NCBI GenBank assembly: GCA_038087875.1
Contig: JAXLNO010000043.1
Coordinates: 62,001 to 126,000 of the forward strand
Length of the DNA: 64,000 nt
DNA from: Malacoraja senta
Lineage: Eukaryota
Reading direction: 5' to 3'
A program made the position numbers and the translations under genes. The stretch's first letter is position 1; every line of letters starts with the position of its first letter. The notes under the pieces are model-generated. The model was not told the DNA's origin, ran no database searches, and saw only the letters and a program-made list of their open reading frames with translations. Of this stretch, positions 40,433-52,139 are shown in pieces.

Positions 40433-42640
40433 TCTCACTCCATCATGACTACCCTAAAGAGTGGCGCTCCAGTAGTGTCACCATACATGTCATCACTTCA
40501 TTAGTACCACACAGCGTGACACTACATGAGTTCCACCCCACAATGTGTCACTCCACCAGTCATTCACCATAGCGTGTCACTCCATCAGTACTACACCAGT
40601 GTCCCTCCATTACTCCACCCCCTCCGTGTGTCACTCCATCATTACTACCCCAATGTGTCATTCCATCTGTACTACCACACAATGTATTACTCCGTCAGTA
40701 CTACCCCACCCCGTATCAGACCAGTACCCCTGAGTGTCACACCATCAGTACTTCACCAGTGTGTCACTCCATAAGCACTACTCCACTGATTGTGTGACTT
40801 CATCAGTACGACCCCTCAGTGTGTCACTCCATCTGAACTACCTCACATGTTACACCCCTTCAGTGCTACCCCACAGTGTGTCACTCCATGTCCCACCGGA
40901 GAGTTGTCATTCCATCAGTGCTACCACACAGAGTCCCTCCATCAGTTGCCATACATATGGTCACTTCATAAGTACTACCCCACAGATTGTCACTCCTTCA
41001 GTACCTCCCCACAGTGTATCCATCAGCACTACTCCACTGTGTGTGGGTCCCAGTATGGCCCCATAGAGCGTCACATCATCAGTACTACCCCGACGTTTGT
41101 CACTCCATCAGGACTACTCCACAGTGTGTCATCCCATCAGTACTACCACAAATTGTGTCACTCAATCAGTGAGGCTCCGCAGTATGTCACTCCATCTGTA
41201 CTTCCCCACAGTGTGTCAGTCCATCAGTAATACCCCGACGTTTGTCACTCCATCAGTACCATCCTACAGTGTGCCATTCCATCAGCTCTGTCACACAGTG
41301 TCAGTCCATCATTACTATGCCACAGTGTCTCCGCATCAGTCCTATCCCACAGTATGCCACTACATCAGTACTTACACACAGTGCGTCACTCGATCAGTAC
41401 TACCCCACAGTGTATCACAACACCTGTAATACTCCACAGTGTGACACTCCATCAGTACTACCCCACAGTTAGTACATCAGTGCTACTCCACAGTGTGTCA
41501 ATCCTTCCTTACCATCTCATAGTGTGTCACTCCATCAGTACTATCCCACTGTGTGTAACTCATTCAGTACTGCCCCACAGCGCATCAATCCATCAGTACT
41601 CCCCCTGTGAATGCCATTACGTCAGTACTACCTCAGATTATGTCACTCCATCAGTACAACCTCGCAGTGGGTCGATTCATCAGTACAACCCCACAGATTG
41701 GCACACCATCAGAACCAATCCACAGTGTGCCTTTCCATCAGAAATACCCCACAGTGTGTGACCCCTTCACAGTGTGTAACTCCATCAGTACTACTACACA
41801 GTGTGTAATTCCATCATTAATACACCACAGTGAGTGACCACTTCAGCACTACTCCACAGTGTCACTCCATCAGCACGACTCCACAGTGTGTCACTCCATC
41901 AGTTATACCCCTCTGTTTGTTACTCCATCAGAACCTCCCCACAATGTGTCACCATCAGAACAACCTGACAGGTTATCATTCCAGCAGTATTATCCCACAA
42001 GATGTTAATCAATCACTACTACCACAAAGTGTGTCCCTCCATCAGAACTACTCCAGAATATGTCATACATCAGTACTACCCCACAGTGTGTCACCCCATC
42101 AATACTACTCCACATTGTGTTGCTCCATCAGCACTACACCAAACTATGCGATTCCATCAGGACAATCACAGAGCGTGGTGTCCTGGGCCTCCTCCATTGT
42201 CAGAGTGAGGCCCAGCGCGAATTGGTGGAACAGCAGCTCATATTTCGCTTGAGTAGCTAACACACCAGCGGTATGAACATTGACTTCTCTAACTTCAAGT
42301 AGCTTTGCTTTCGATCTTTCTCCATCCTCTTCCCCTTCCCAGTTCTCCCACCAGTCTTACTGTCTCCGACTACATTCTATCTCTGTCCCGCCCACTTCTG
42401 TGATATCAGTCTGAAGAAGGATCTCGCCCGGAAACGTAACCCATTCCTTCTCTCCAGTGATGCTGCCTGTCCCGCTGATTTACTCCAGCATTTTGTGTCT
42501 ATTTACCCTACAGAGTGTCACTCCATTTGTGCTACCATACATATTATCACTTCATCAGTACTACATGTGTACCACTCCACAATATGTCACTCCATCAGTA
42601 AGGCGCCATAGTGTGTCACTCCATTAGTATTACCCTACAG
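40433..42640. repeat. Degenerate ~29-bp minisatellite array, interrupted at ~42165-42505
   Basis: Dozens of variants of cagtgtgtcactccatcagtactacccca. Confidence 0.92.
42165..42505 (+). mobile_element. Penelope-like element 3' end
   Basis: VLGLLHCQSEAQRELVEQQLIFRL resembles the GIY-YIG C-terminus. It is followed by a CTGAAGA..GAAACGTA motif at 42411-42438. Confidence 0.7.
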
Positions 42641-44490
42641 TCAAAAGTGAAATAATGTCAATAAAACCTCAAGAGTCGACGCACCTCCTAAAATTCCCTT
42701 TCAGAATTGCTACGGAAAAAAATAAATATCTTGGAGTTCACGTAACTTGAAAATACACTTCTTTATTTCAAGCAAATTTCCCCCCTTTACTTACTAAACT
42801 AAATGCCCTTACTCAATTCTGGAAAACACTTCCGATGTCTCTCATAGGCAGAATAAATACCATAAAGATGATCTTCCTCCCATAAATCCTGTACTTATAG
42901 CAATCAATACCGATATACCTTCCTAAATATTTAAAACAAACATGATTCTCTGATCACAAATTTTATTTGGGATTATAAAACACATAGAATCCAAAAACGA
43001 CATCTATGTAAACCCAAAGAAATTGGTGGATTGGCTCTCCCCAATTTTTTATACTATTATTGGGCAACGAATATTAAAAACGTAATCTATTGGTTGGACA
43101 ACACATGCCAACATGTAAAATGGTTAACAATGGAATGAGAGGATTGTTCGCCTTTTAATATAGGCGCGATTCTTCTCTCTCCAATAAATTTGAAGAAAAC
43201 AGTATATGAGAACAATCTGATTGTCCACGGTTCCCTGCGAATCAGGAAACAAGTGGTCAATCCTTAAACGGAGAAATTGATCTCTTCTCTTACCAATTGC
43301 CAACAATCCTTAGTTCAAGCCATCTATTTTAGACAAAACGTTCACACATTGGGAAAGATTTGGAATAAAAAAATTCGGAGATCTTTATCAGATGGGAACT
43401 CTGTTCTCATTTCAAGAATTACAGTCGAAATATCACCTGAAAGGCAGCCAATATTTTAGATATCTTCAAATAGGAGACTATCTGAAATCATATACCCAAG
43501 ATGTATGAATAGAAACTCAGAGTCAATCAAATTAATTTCATATTTGTATAATACCCTTTTAAATATAGAAAGCCCATCGTCAGAAGTAATTAGAAGAGCT
43601 TGGGACGATGAACTTGGCCTACAAATTCTAAAAGACAGATGGGAAGAAAACCTTCTATATATACGCAATTGTACGATTAACGTTAGGCATTCGTTAATCC
43701 AATTTAAAATACTGCACCGACTCTATTATTCAGTCTAAACTGAATAAGATCTTTCCAAATGTATCTCCTATTTGTGATAAATGTCTTCTTCAGGAAGCAA
43801 GTATAACCCATTCCTTTATCTTTTACATAATTTCTGGAGAGGAATTTTTGATTTTTTTTCAAAAACACTAAACATACAATTGGATCCCGACACGGAATTG
43901 ATCATCCTAGATACGTCAGAAGCCTGTTCTGAGCTATCACTATTTCAAAGACGTTTCCTTCATTATGGCCTGATAACGGCGAAAGAACTAATACTTAAGT
44001 TTTGGAAACATACATCAATCCCTACTCTTAAGATGTGGATTATAAACATGTCCGAGACGCTTCATCTTGAAAATATTAGACTTGTCTTGGCAGATAAACC
44101 AGAGCATTTTTCGAAGACATGGACACCATTCGTTGATTTATTACAAGGATAGTATGTCACGACACAACTTTGGATTTAAATCTAATTACGGGTTGGGTGA
44201 GGTGGGAGGGGAGGGATGTGAGGCAGGTATACCACCACTTTTTTCTTTCTTTCTCTTTTAGTCCTTTTTTATTTTCTATTCCTCTTTTATTTCTTTCATT
44301 TATTAACTCTTTGGCTACACTACTTTGATAGTCTAGGGGTCCTATCTTTGCACATCTCACTTTTCCCTTGCTTTTTCCCCTTTCTTTTCTTCGAACTAAA
44401 GCTAAAAAGTTAAAAATGAAGTTGTACAATAACTGTATAATTTTATATGCCGTTGGTTCTATTGTTGTACACTTGCTTCTAATTTTTTTT
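42640..44490 (+). mobile_element. Older L1-clade 3' fragment
   Basis: Decayed relative of the 37739-39127 ORF (KLISYLYNTLL, VRHSLIQFKILHRL, LILKFWK..IPTLKMWI). Confidence 0.85.
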
Positions 44491-46055
44491 AAGTATTACC
44501 CCGCAGTGTGTCACTCCACCAATGCTCCCCCTCAGTGAGTCACTCCATTAATACTACCCCACAGTGCGTAATTCCATCTGCACTACCACACAGTGTATTA
44601 CTCTATCAGTACTACCCTACCCCGTTTGTCACTTCAAATGTACTGTCCGGAGTGTCACTCCATCAGTACTACTCCTCAGTGTCATTCCACCAATTCTGCC
44701 CCAGAGTGTTCCCCTCCATCAATACTACCATAGAATGTGTCACTACATCAGTACCACCCCAAAGAGTGTCACTCCATCAGCACTGCCCTAGAATGAATCA
44801 TTACATGAGTATGTGTCTCTCTATCAGTGCTACAACACAATGTGTCATTTCATCAGGACTACCCCACAGTGTATCATTCCATAGGTTCCAGCAGAAAGTG
44901 TCATTATTACAGTGCTACCCCACAGCGTGTCATTACATCTGTACTAGCCGCACTGGGTCACTCCATACAAGGCTAATTCCCGGGATGGCGGGACTGTCAC
45001 ATGCTGAGAGAATGGAGCAGCTGGGCTGGTATATTCTGGAGTTTAGAAGGATGAAAGGTTATCTCATTTAAAACATATAAGATTGTTAAGGGCTTGGACA
45101 CGCTAGAGGCCGGAAACATGTTCCCGATGTTGGGGGAGTCCAGAACCAGGGGCCACAGTATAAAAATAAGGGGTAAGCCATTTAGAACAGAGACGAGGAA
45201 ACACTTTTTCTCACAGAGAGTGGTGAGTGTGGAATTCTCTGCCTCAGAGGGCGGTGGAGGCCGGTTCTCTGGATGCTTTCAAAAGAGAATTAGATCTTAA
45301 AAATAGCGGAGTCAGGGGATATGGGGAGAAGGGAGGAACGGGGTACTGATTGGGGATGATCAGCCATGATCACATTGAATGGCGATGCTGGCTCGAAGGG
45401 CCAAATGGCCCACTCCTGCACCTATTGTTTATTGTCTATGGTCTGTCACGACAACCACACAGTGAGTCACTCCATCAGTACTATTTCACTGTGTCATTCC
45501 AATGGTGCTGCCCCACATTATCACTTCCATCAGTACTACCCCACGGAATGTCAGTCCATCTGGCCTACCCCACAGCACGTCAGTCCATCAGTACTACTCC
45601 AGTGTGTCCCTCCATCAGTATCACCACAGTGTGCCCCTCCATCAGTACCACCACAGTGTGTCCCTCCATCAGTATCACCACAGTGTGCCCCTCCATCAGT
45701 ACCACCACAGTGTGTCCCTCCATCAGTATCACCACGGTGTGCCCCTCCATCAGTACCACCACAGTGTGTAAATCCATCAGTACCACCACAGTGTATCCCT
45801 CCATCAGGACCACCACAGTGTGTCCCTCCATCAGTACCACCACAGTGTGTCACTCCATCAGTACCACCACAGTGTGTCCCTCCATCAGTACCACCACAGT
45901 GTGTCCCTCCATCAGTACCACCACAGTGTGTCCCTCCATCAGTACCACCACAGTGTGTCCCTCCATCAGTACCACCACAATTTGTCACTGCGTCAGTTCT
46001 GCCCCATTTTTATCCCTCCATCAGTAATATCCCACTGTGTGTTACTCCATCAGTG
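44490..46055. repeat. Minisatellite with homogenised 27-bp core at ~45600-45980, interrupted by a CR1 end
   Basis: 14 copies of ~cagtgtgtccctccatcagtaccacca. Confidence 0.92.
44967..45440 (+). mobile_element. CR1 3' fragment
   Basis: TRLIPGMAGLS.., MFPMLGESRTRGHS, and the terminal 'ctcctgcacctattg'. Confidence 0.88.
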
Positions 46056-46869
46056 GAAGGAGAGAGGGCAGCCCAGAGAGGGGGAATCGAGAGCGTAGGA
46101 GAGAGAGTATCTGTTCGGAGAGAGTGACATCAGTAAGGATGGAGGGAGAGAGAAAGAGAGCAGGCAGAGGTGCTGCATCATTCGCCATTTTATTTAGGTT
46201 TAGGACAATTCTGAGGCGGCAACGTTTCTGTTCTATGAGTGGCGTGAGTCCTTGGGTCGTTCCTCCTCAGAGGCGATGAAGGCAGAGAATGTTATTGTCC
46301 CATGGTATAGTCAGATCTATTCCAGGCAAGCAGGGAGTGAATGGTTCCCGGGGTCGGTCAGCGGGAGTGTGGGGTTGAGGTCACAGTCAGTCAGTCAAGC
46401 CGCGATCATAATGAGTGGTGAAGCAGAGTGGAGGGGGGGGGGGCATTTTAGTCCGAGGTGATGTGTTGAACTAATTCCTCAACCTGTGGACAAAGGTCGC
46501 CCAGTCCTGTCCACCTTCAAACTGGGCACCAGAAGCCCTGAGAGGGTCCCTGGAATTTGGCATTGCCTTGCTGAGTGAAACGGATTGAAGGAAATCAGAC
46601 AAACAACATGAGGTGGAGAGTTGGATCTGATGGAGTTTGTAACAATATCCCCTTTGCTGGAACAATACCGCCGCACCCAATTTCCATCCCTGAGTATCTA
46701 TCGCCACAATTCCCAGTCTTTGGAGTTTCTCAATCAATTCCCTGATTAAATCACAACCTGTCTCAGCAGGGATTTCACTCGGCTGATGTCATCTGTTTGT
46801 GAATCATTTCTAAATCTCTATTTTTAAACTCTGTTGAAACTTCACTGTCCCGGTGGAGACGGAAAATGG

Positions 46870-46876
46870 TATAAAA
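46870..46876 (+). promoter_or_regulatory. Candidate TATA box of GPCR copy 1
   Basis: TATAAAA 87 nt upstream of the ATG. The paralog has TATATAA at the equivalent position (53066-53060). Confidence 0.45.
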
Positions 46877-46956
46877 TCTCCAGGAATGTTCTGCCTCAGC
46901 ATTTTATTCCGAGACATTACCGGTAGCTCACGGGAACACGTCGCTGGGCAGAGAAA

Positions 46957-47032
46957 ATGGGGGAAAAGCTGCGGGAATATTTGGACGTGCAGAAAATCTT
47001 GTACGTGATCATTGCTGCAGTTGGAGTCCCTG
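46957..47032 (+). CDS. GPR139/GPR142-like orphan GPCR copy 1, coding exon 1
   Basis: MGEKLREYLDVQKILYVIIAAVGVP plus G|gtaagt (phase 1). It joins exon 2 in frame to give TM1 GVPVN. Confidence 0.88.
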
Positions 47033-47987
47033 GTAAGTGAGCAGAACAATTCAAGTTTTATAACTCCGTGTGCTAACTGGTGTTGACCTGATTCTCATCA
47101 TGTTACAAGTTCCCAACTGATGATCGTTGTGCAAGAATATGTGAAGAATATCAATCCTCTCAGTGAAATATTTGTGAATTAACGCTGCTGTGATTTGTCT
47201 TATTTTCAGACAGATGAAACTAAGCCTCTTTTTCTCTCACTGCTGCCGGCCGGGAGCCACTAGAATATTGTTCTTGCCTTTAGTGGCACCTTGCCCAGAG
47301 TTGTCCCAGTGCTCGGGACAGGCAGGCAGGCAGCTCTCCGGCACGGTGTGACTGGGAGAGAGGGGTTCATATTGTGAAGTTCACTGTGTCTGAGTTATTC
47401 ACCAGAGTGAACAGCCGCTCCTGTGGACACCGTGGAGTCTGGCATAGTCGGATTTCACCCACAGCCTGTTGGACTATAATTGGATCCATCTCCTGGACCA
47501 ATGGCCGCGGATCTACCGGCGTGTCTGTGTTGTTACTGAACTGAACTCACTGTGGAATGAATCCATTAACGGAGCCACTCTGCTGCAGGAATCCATGTTG
47601 TCCCTGCCTTCCCTCTGGAAGCCTCCTCGTCCCCATTAGATGCCGAGTTCCCAGAGCCCTGGTTAAACGCGGCCGGCCGCTCACGCTTAAGTCTGTGAAA
47701 GTGGCCCCATCAGACAATGTGAGCAGCAGTAGGGTTACAAATAGAAAGGACCATTGCGCCTATTGTAGCGGGTGGTTACTCGTTCCCTCCCCGCCCTTTA
47801 CCCCGTCTGCCTATCGCCTTATCTCTTCTCCCCTGAAGCAGACAGGTAGGTCGGGCACAGTCGGAGCCGGCTCTGACATTGTTAAACTTGCAACACAAAT
47901 GATCTTGAGCTGAAAGTCGAGCCGGTGTTCAGCCCCGGAGAACGTGTTGTGTAAATGCCCAGTCTCTGTTCCCTTGTCTTTCCGCAG

Positions 47988-48895
47988 TGAATTTAGTGGC
48001 GATTGTGATCATGTCCCGAGGAAAGTGCGGCCTCTCCACCTGCACCACTCGCTACCTGGTGGCCATGGCAGCGGCCGATCTACTGGTCCTCATTACCGGG
48101 GTCATTTTGTATCGGCTCCGATTATATTACTTTGATTGGAGTTTCATCTCCATCACCCCTGTGTGCAATGTTAACTATGTACTGCAGTATGCAGCTACAG
48201 ACTGTTCTGTCTGGTTCACCGTCACTTTCACCTTTGATCGGTTTGTCGCCATTTGTTGCCAGAAGCTGAAAACTAAATATTGCAGCGGGAAAACTGCGGC
48301 TGTGGTTCTGGCTACAGCCGGCGTACTGTTCTGTCTGAAAAACGTTCCCCGTTACTTCACGGTGAAACCATGGAGAATCATCGACAATGTCCCGTGGGGC
48401 TGTGACCTGATGGATAGTTATTACACTGACCCCGGGTGGGTGTCATTTGACTCGATCGACACGGTTTTAACTCCGTTCCTCCCTTTCGCTGTAATCCTGC
48501 TGCTCAACGCTCTGACAGTCCGCCACATTTTAGTGGCCAGTCGGGTCCGTAAGGGGCTGAGGGGTGAGAGCAAGGGGGAGAACCGCAGTGACCCGGAGAT
48601 GGAGAGCAGGAGGAGGTCTATGGTTTTACTCTTCACCATCTCCGGCAGCTTCATCCTCCTGTGGCTGACGGCGGTTGTAAACTTCGTCTATTATCAGATC
48701 ACAGGAATTGGAAATGATCGGAATGATTATCAATGGATCTTTGACAACGTCGGGTATTTGCTGAGGAATCTCAGCTGCTGCACCAACACATTTATTTATG
48801 CGGTGACCCAGTCCAAGTTCAGGGAGCAGCTGAAGAGCGCAGTGAAATATCCGCTCACCTCAGTACTTCGGCTCATTACTAAATCCCCGCCCTGA
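47988..48895 (+). CDS. GPR139/GPR142-like orphan class A GPCR copy 1, coding exon 2 (protein 327 aa in total)
   Basis: Acceptor 'cccttgtctttccgcag|'. Seven hydrophobic segments; YLVAMAAADLLV (TM2), SVWFTV.FTFDRFVAIC (TM3), PFLPF..ILLLN (TM5), FILLW (TM6), CTNTFIY (TM7). Family-level call only, not an orthology claim. Confidence 0.93.
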
Positions 48896-48984
48896 GCGCA
48901 TCCATCCCAGAGGCGGGCGGCCGCAGTCTCTGCGCTCCGGGCTCCGGGCTCCACACCTTCACTGCCGGAGCCATGAGGGAGGGA

Positions 48985-49589
48985 GGCAGCTGGCCAAATT
49001 AGACTGCAAAGATCCCCTAGCAGAGATGACAGTGGAACAACAATGGCAGGTATTTCTGGGAATAGTACAGAACGTGCAGGATCACTTTATTCCAAAGAGA
49101 TTCCAAGGGGAGAAAGGGGCGACCGTAGCAGACAAGGGACGGCAGGGACAGTATAAACATTAAAGCGAAGAAGTACAACGTAGCAAAGATGAGCGGGAAG
49201 CAAGAGGATTGGGTAATGTTTAAAGAACAACAGAAGATAAGTAAAAAGACCATACGGGGTGAAAAGATGAAGTACGCAGGTAAGCTAGCCAAGAATATAA
49301 AGCAGGATAGTAAAAGCTTCTTTAGGTTTGTGAAGAGGAAACATTTGTTAAGACCAAAGTTGGTCCTTTGAAGACCGAAAAAAGTGAATTTATTATGGGG
49401 AACAAGGAAATGGCAAATTAGTTGAACAGGTACTTTGGATCTGTCTTCACTAAGGAGGACACAGACAATCTTCCTGATATAGTAATGGCCAGAAGATCTG
49501 GGGTGACAGAGGAACTGAAGGAAATCCACATTCGGCAGCAAATGGTGTTGGATAGACTGATGGGACTGAAGGCTGATAGATCCCCAGGG
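48985..49589 (+). mobile_element. CR1 internal fragment running into the gap
   Basis: KLAKNIKQDSKSFFRFVKRK; YFGSVFTKED; LKADRSPG. Confidence 0.85.
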
Positions 49590-49789
49590 NNNNNNNNNNN
49601 NNNNNNNNNNNNNNNNNNNNNNNNNNNNNNNNNNNNNNNNNNNNNNNNNNNNNNNNNNNNNNNNNNNNNNNNNNNNNNNNNNNNNNNNNNNNNNNNNNNN
49701 NNNNNNNNNNNNNNNNNNNNNNNNNNNNNNNNNNNNNNNNNNNNNNNNNNNNNNNNNNNNNNNNNNNNNNNNNNNNNNNNNNNNNNNNN
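49590..49789. other. Assembly gap (200 N)
   Basis: Run of N. Confidence 1.
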
Positions 49790-51064
49790 ACGTTGCTAAA
49801 GATCCATTGAGAAACATTCCAATCATTTCCAATTACTGTGATCTGATAATAGACGAATTCTACAACCGTCGTCAGCCACAGGAGGATGAAGCTGCCGGAG
49901 ATGGTGAAGAGTAAAACCACAGACCTCCTCCTGCTCTCCATCTCCGGGTCACTGCGGTTCTCCCCCCTTGCTCTCACCCCTCAGCCCCTTACGGACCCGA
50001 CTGGCCACTAAAATGTGGCGGACAGTCAGAGCGTTGAGCAGCAGGATTACAGCGAAAGGGAGGAACGGAGTTGAAACCGTGTCGATCCAGTCAAATGCCA
50101 CCCACCCGGGGTCAGTGTCAGCATTGTCCACTATCACACAGCCCCACGGGACATTGTCGACGATTCTCCGGGGTTCCTGTGCGAAGTAGCGGGGAAGGTT
50201 TTTCAGACAAAACAGAACGCCGGTTGTTGCCAGAACCACCGCCGCAGTTTTCCCGGTGCAATATTTAGTTTTCAGCTTCTGGCAACAAATGGCGACAAAG
50301 CGATCAAGGTGAAAGTGACGGTGAACCAGACAGAACAGTCTGTAGCTGCAAATATCAGTACTTGGTTAACACTACACACAGGGGTGAGGGAAGGGAAACT
50401 CCATTTGAAGTAATGCTGTCGGATCGAATACAAAATGACCCCGGTGATGAGGACCGGTAGATCGGCCGCTCCCATGGCCACCAGGTAGCGAGTGGTGCAG
50501 GTGGAGAGGCCACACTTTCCCCGGGACAGGATCACAATCGCCACTAAATTCACTGCGGAAAGACAAGGGAACGGACACTGGGCATTTACTCAACACGGTC
50601 TCCGGGGCTGAACACCGGCTCGACTTTCAGCTCAAGATCAGGAGTGTTGGAGTCGGAGCGCGGCTGCTGCAAGTTTAACAATGTCAGAGCAGGCTCCTAC
50701 TGTGCCCGACCTGCCTGCCTGCTTCAGGGGACAAGAGATAAGTTGACGGGCGGGTGGCGTAAAGGGCGGGAAGTGAACGAGCAGCCACCCACCCGCTACA
50801 ATAGGCGCAATGGTCCTTTCCACAGTGAACCCTGCTGCTGCTCACAGTTTGTGATGGGGCCGCTTTCACAGACTTAACCGTGAGCAGCCGGCCGCGTTTA
50901 ACCAGGGCTCTGGGAACTCGGCATATGATGGGGACAAGGAGGCTTCCAGAGGGAAGGCAGGGACAACTTAGAATCCGGCAGCAGAGTGGCTCCGTTAATA
51001 GATTCATTCCACAGTGAGGCCAGTAGACAACAGGTGCAGGAGTAGGCTGTTTGGCCCTTCGAGC

Positions 51065-51240
51065 CAGCACCGCCATTCAATGTGATCATGGCTGATGATC
51101 CCCATCGTACCCCGTTCCTGCCTTCTCCCCATATCCCCTGACTCCGCTATTTTTAAGAGCTCTATCTAATTCTCTTTTGAAAGCATCCAGAGAACCGGCC
51201 TCCACCGCCCTCTGAGACAGAGACTTCCACAGACTCACCA
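51065..51240 (-). mobile_element. CR1 3' end inside the copy 2 intron (second fragment at ~51615-51870)
   Basis: Reverse complement of the CR1 terminus; VVNLWNSLPQTVVEA in ORF 51713-51919. Confidence 0.8.
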
Positions 51241-51391
51241 CATCACTCTCAAGCTTCCACTGCGGTTATCCCAATGGCTTCTTGAAGCAAACTACTTCAC
51301 CTATTGCATTATCCCCAAACTCTGCCTTCCAGAACCAGGTTAGCATTCAGCACAGATAAGGGAAATTACTCAGGAAGGACTTTATACAAGA

Positions 51392-51560
51392 GTAGACAAA
51401 AGTGCTGGAGAAACTCAGCGGGTTTGCAGCGTCTATGGAACGAAGGATACAGGTAACGTTTCGGGCCGAAACCCTTCTTCAGACTGGAAATAGTTACCTA
51501 TTTCTTCGCTCCATAAATGCTGCCTCACCGTTGAGTTTCTCCAGCACTTTTGTCTACCTT
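51392..51560. mobile_element. Palindromic Penelope-derived (MER6-like) hairpin element
   Basis: Inverted arms gtagacaaaagtgctggagaaactca...tgagtttctccagcacttttgtctac. Relatives at ~26810-26900, ~31200-31280 and ~52040-52225. Confidence 0.7.
51451..51487 (-). ncRNA. Minimal hammerhead ribozyme-like motif
   Basis: CTGAAGA-a-gggt(ttcg)gccc-GAAAC-GTT on the minus strand. Confidence 0.45.
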
Positions 51561-52079
51561 CGATTTTCCAGCATCTGCAGTTAATTCTTAAACACTTTAC
51601 ACAAGAGTGCAGCTCCTAGGAGCAGCATTAGGCCATTCGGCCCATCATGTCTACTCCGCCATTCAATCATGACCGATCTATCTTTCCCTCTCAACCCCAT
51701 TCTCTTGCCTACTCACCGTAACACCCCGAAACCCGCACTAATCAAGAATCTATCACTCTCCGCCTTAAAACTATCCATTGACTTGGCTTCCACCACCGTC
51801 TGCGGCAATGAATTCCACAGATTCACCACTCTCCGTCTAAAGAAATTCCTCCTCATCTCCTTTCTAAAGGTAAAGGTAAAGCTGGGGGAAGAACGCATTA
51901 CAATGGCCGCCATATCCAATCATCCCTGATATTCCTCTTTCTCTCCCTACCCACACAAGGTGCCCTTCACACTTCCTCCTGAAGCAGAGGCCGATTGTCG
52001 CAAATAAGAGTCCACCCCTTCTGGTCCTGACGGTAGACGCAGAAAGCGGAATAACTCAGCGGGGACAGGCAGCATCTCT

Positions 52080-52139
52080 GAGAGAAGGAATGGGACTGAA
52101 GAAGGGTCTTGATCCGAAACGTCACACATTCCTTCTCTC
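52080..52139 (+). ncRNA. Minimal hammerhead ribozyme-like motif with a long stem I
   Basis: gagagaaggaatg-gga-CTGAAGA-agggtcttgatcc-GAAAC-GTC-aca-cattccttctctc. Confidence 0.5.

Larger units (their letters stand above)
27583..48750 (+). repeat. Left arm of a large inverted duplication
   Basis: The reverse complement of 49790-64000 aligns collinearly: 64000 pairs with ~27583 and 49790 pairs with ~48750. Confidence 0.95.

Noticed and set aside
40433..42170. CRISPR-like regular repeats
   Set aside because: Head-to-tail degenerate units with no unique spacers, no cas genes, and a vertebrate context.
45350..46127. Repetitive ORFs (CPSISTTTV, SLHQYHHSV, THCGGTDGG) resembling mucin or metal-binding proteins
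   Set aside because: They are translations of a 27-bp minisatellite that is open in most frames on both strands, with no gene structure.
47987..47989. GTG as the GPCR start codon
   Set aside because: It overlaps the splice acceptor (cag|TG). The upstream exon at 46957-47032 supplies the ATG and the first half of TM1.
46957..48895. Assigning the symbol GPR139
   Set aside because: The motifs support family-level similarity only; orthology needs a phylogeny.
49017..49977. ORFs spanning the N run
   Set aside because: Artefacts of translating through the gap.
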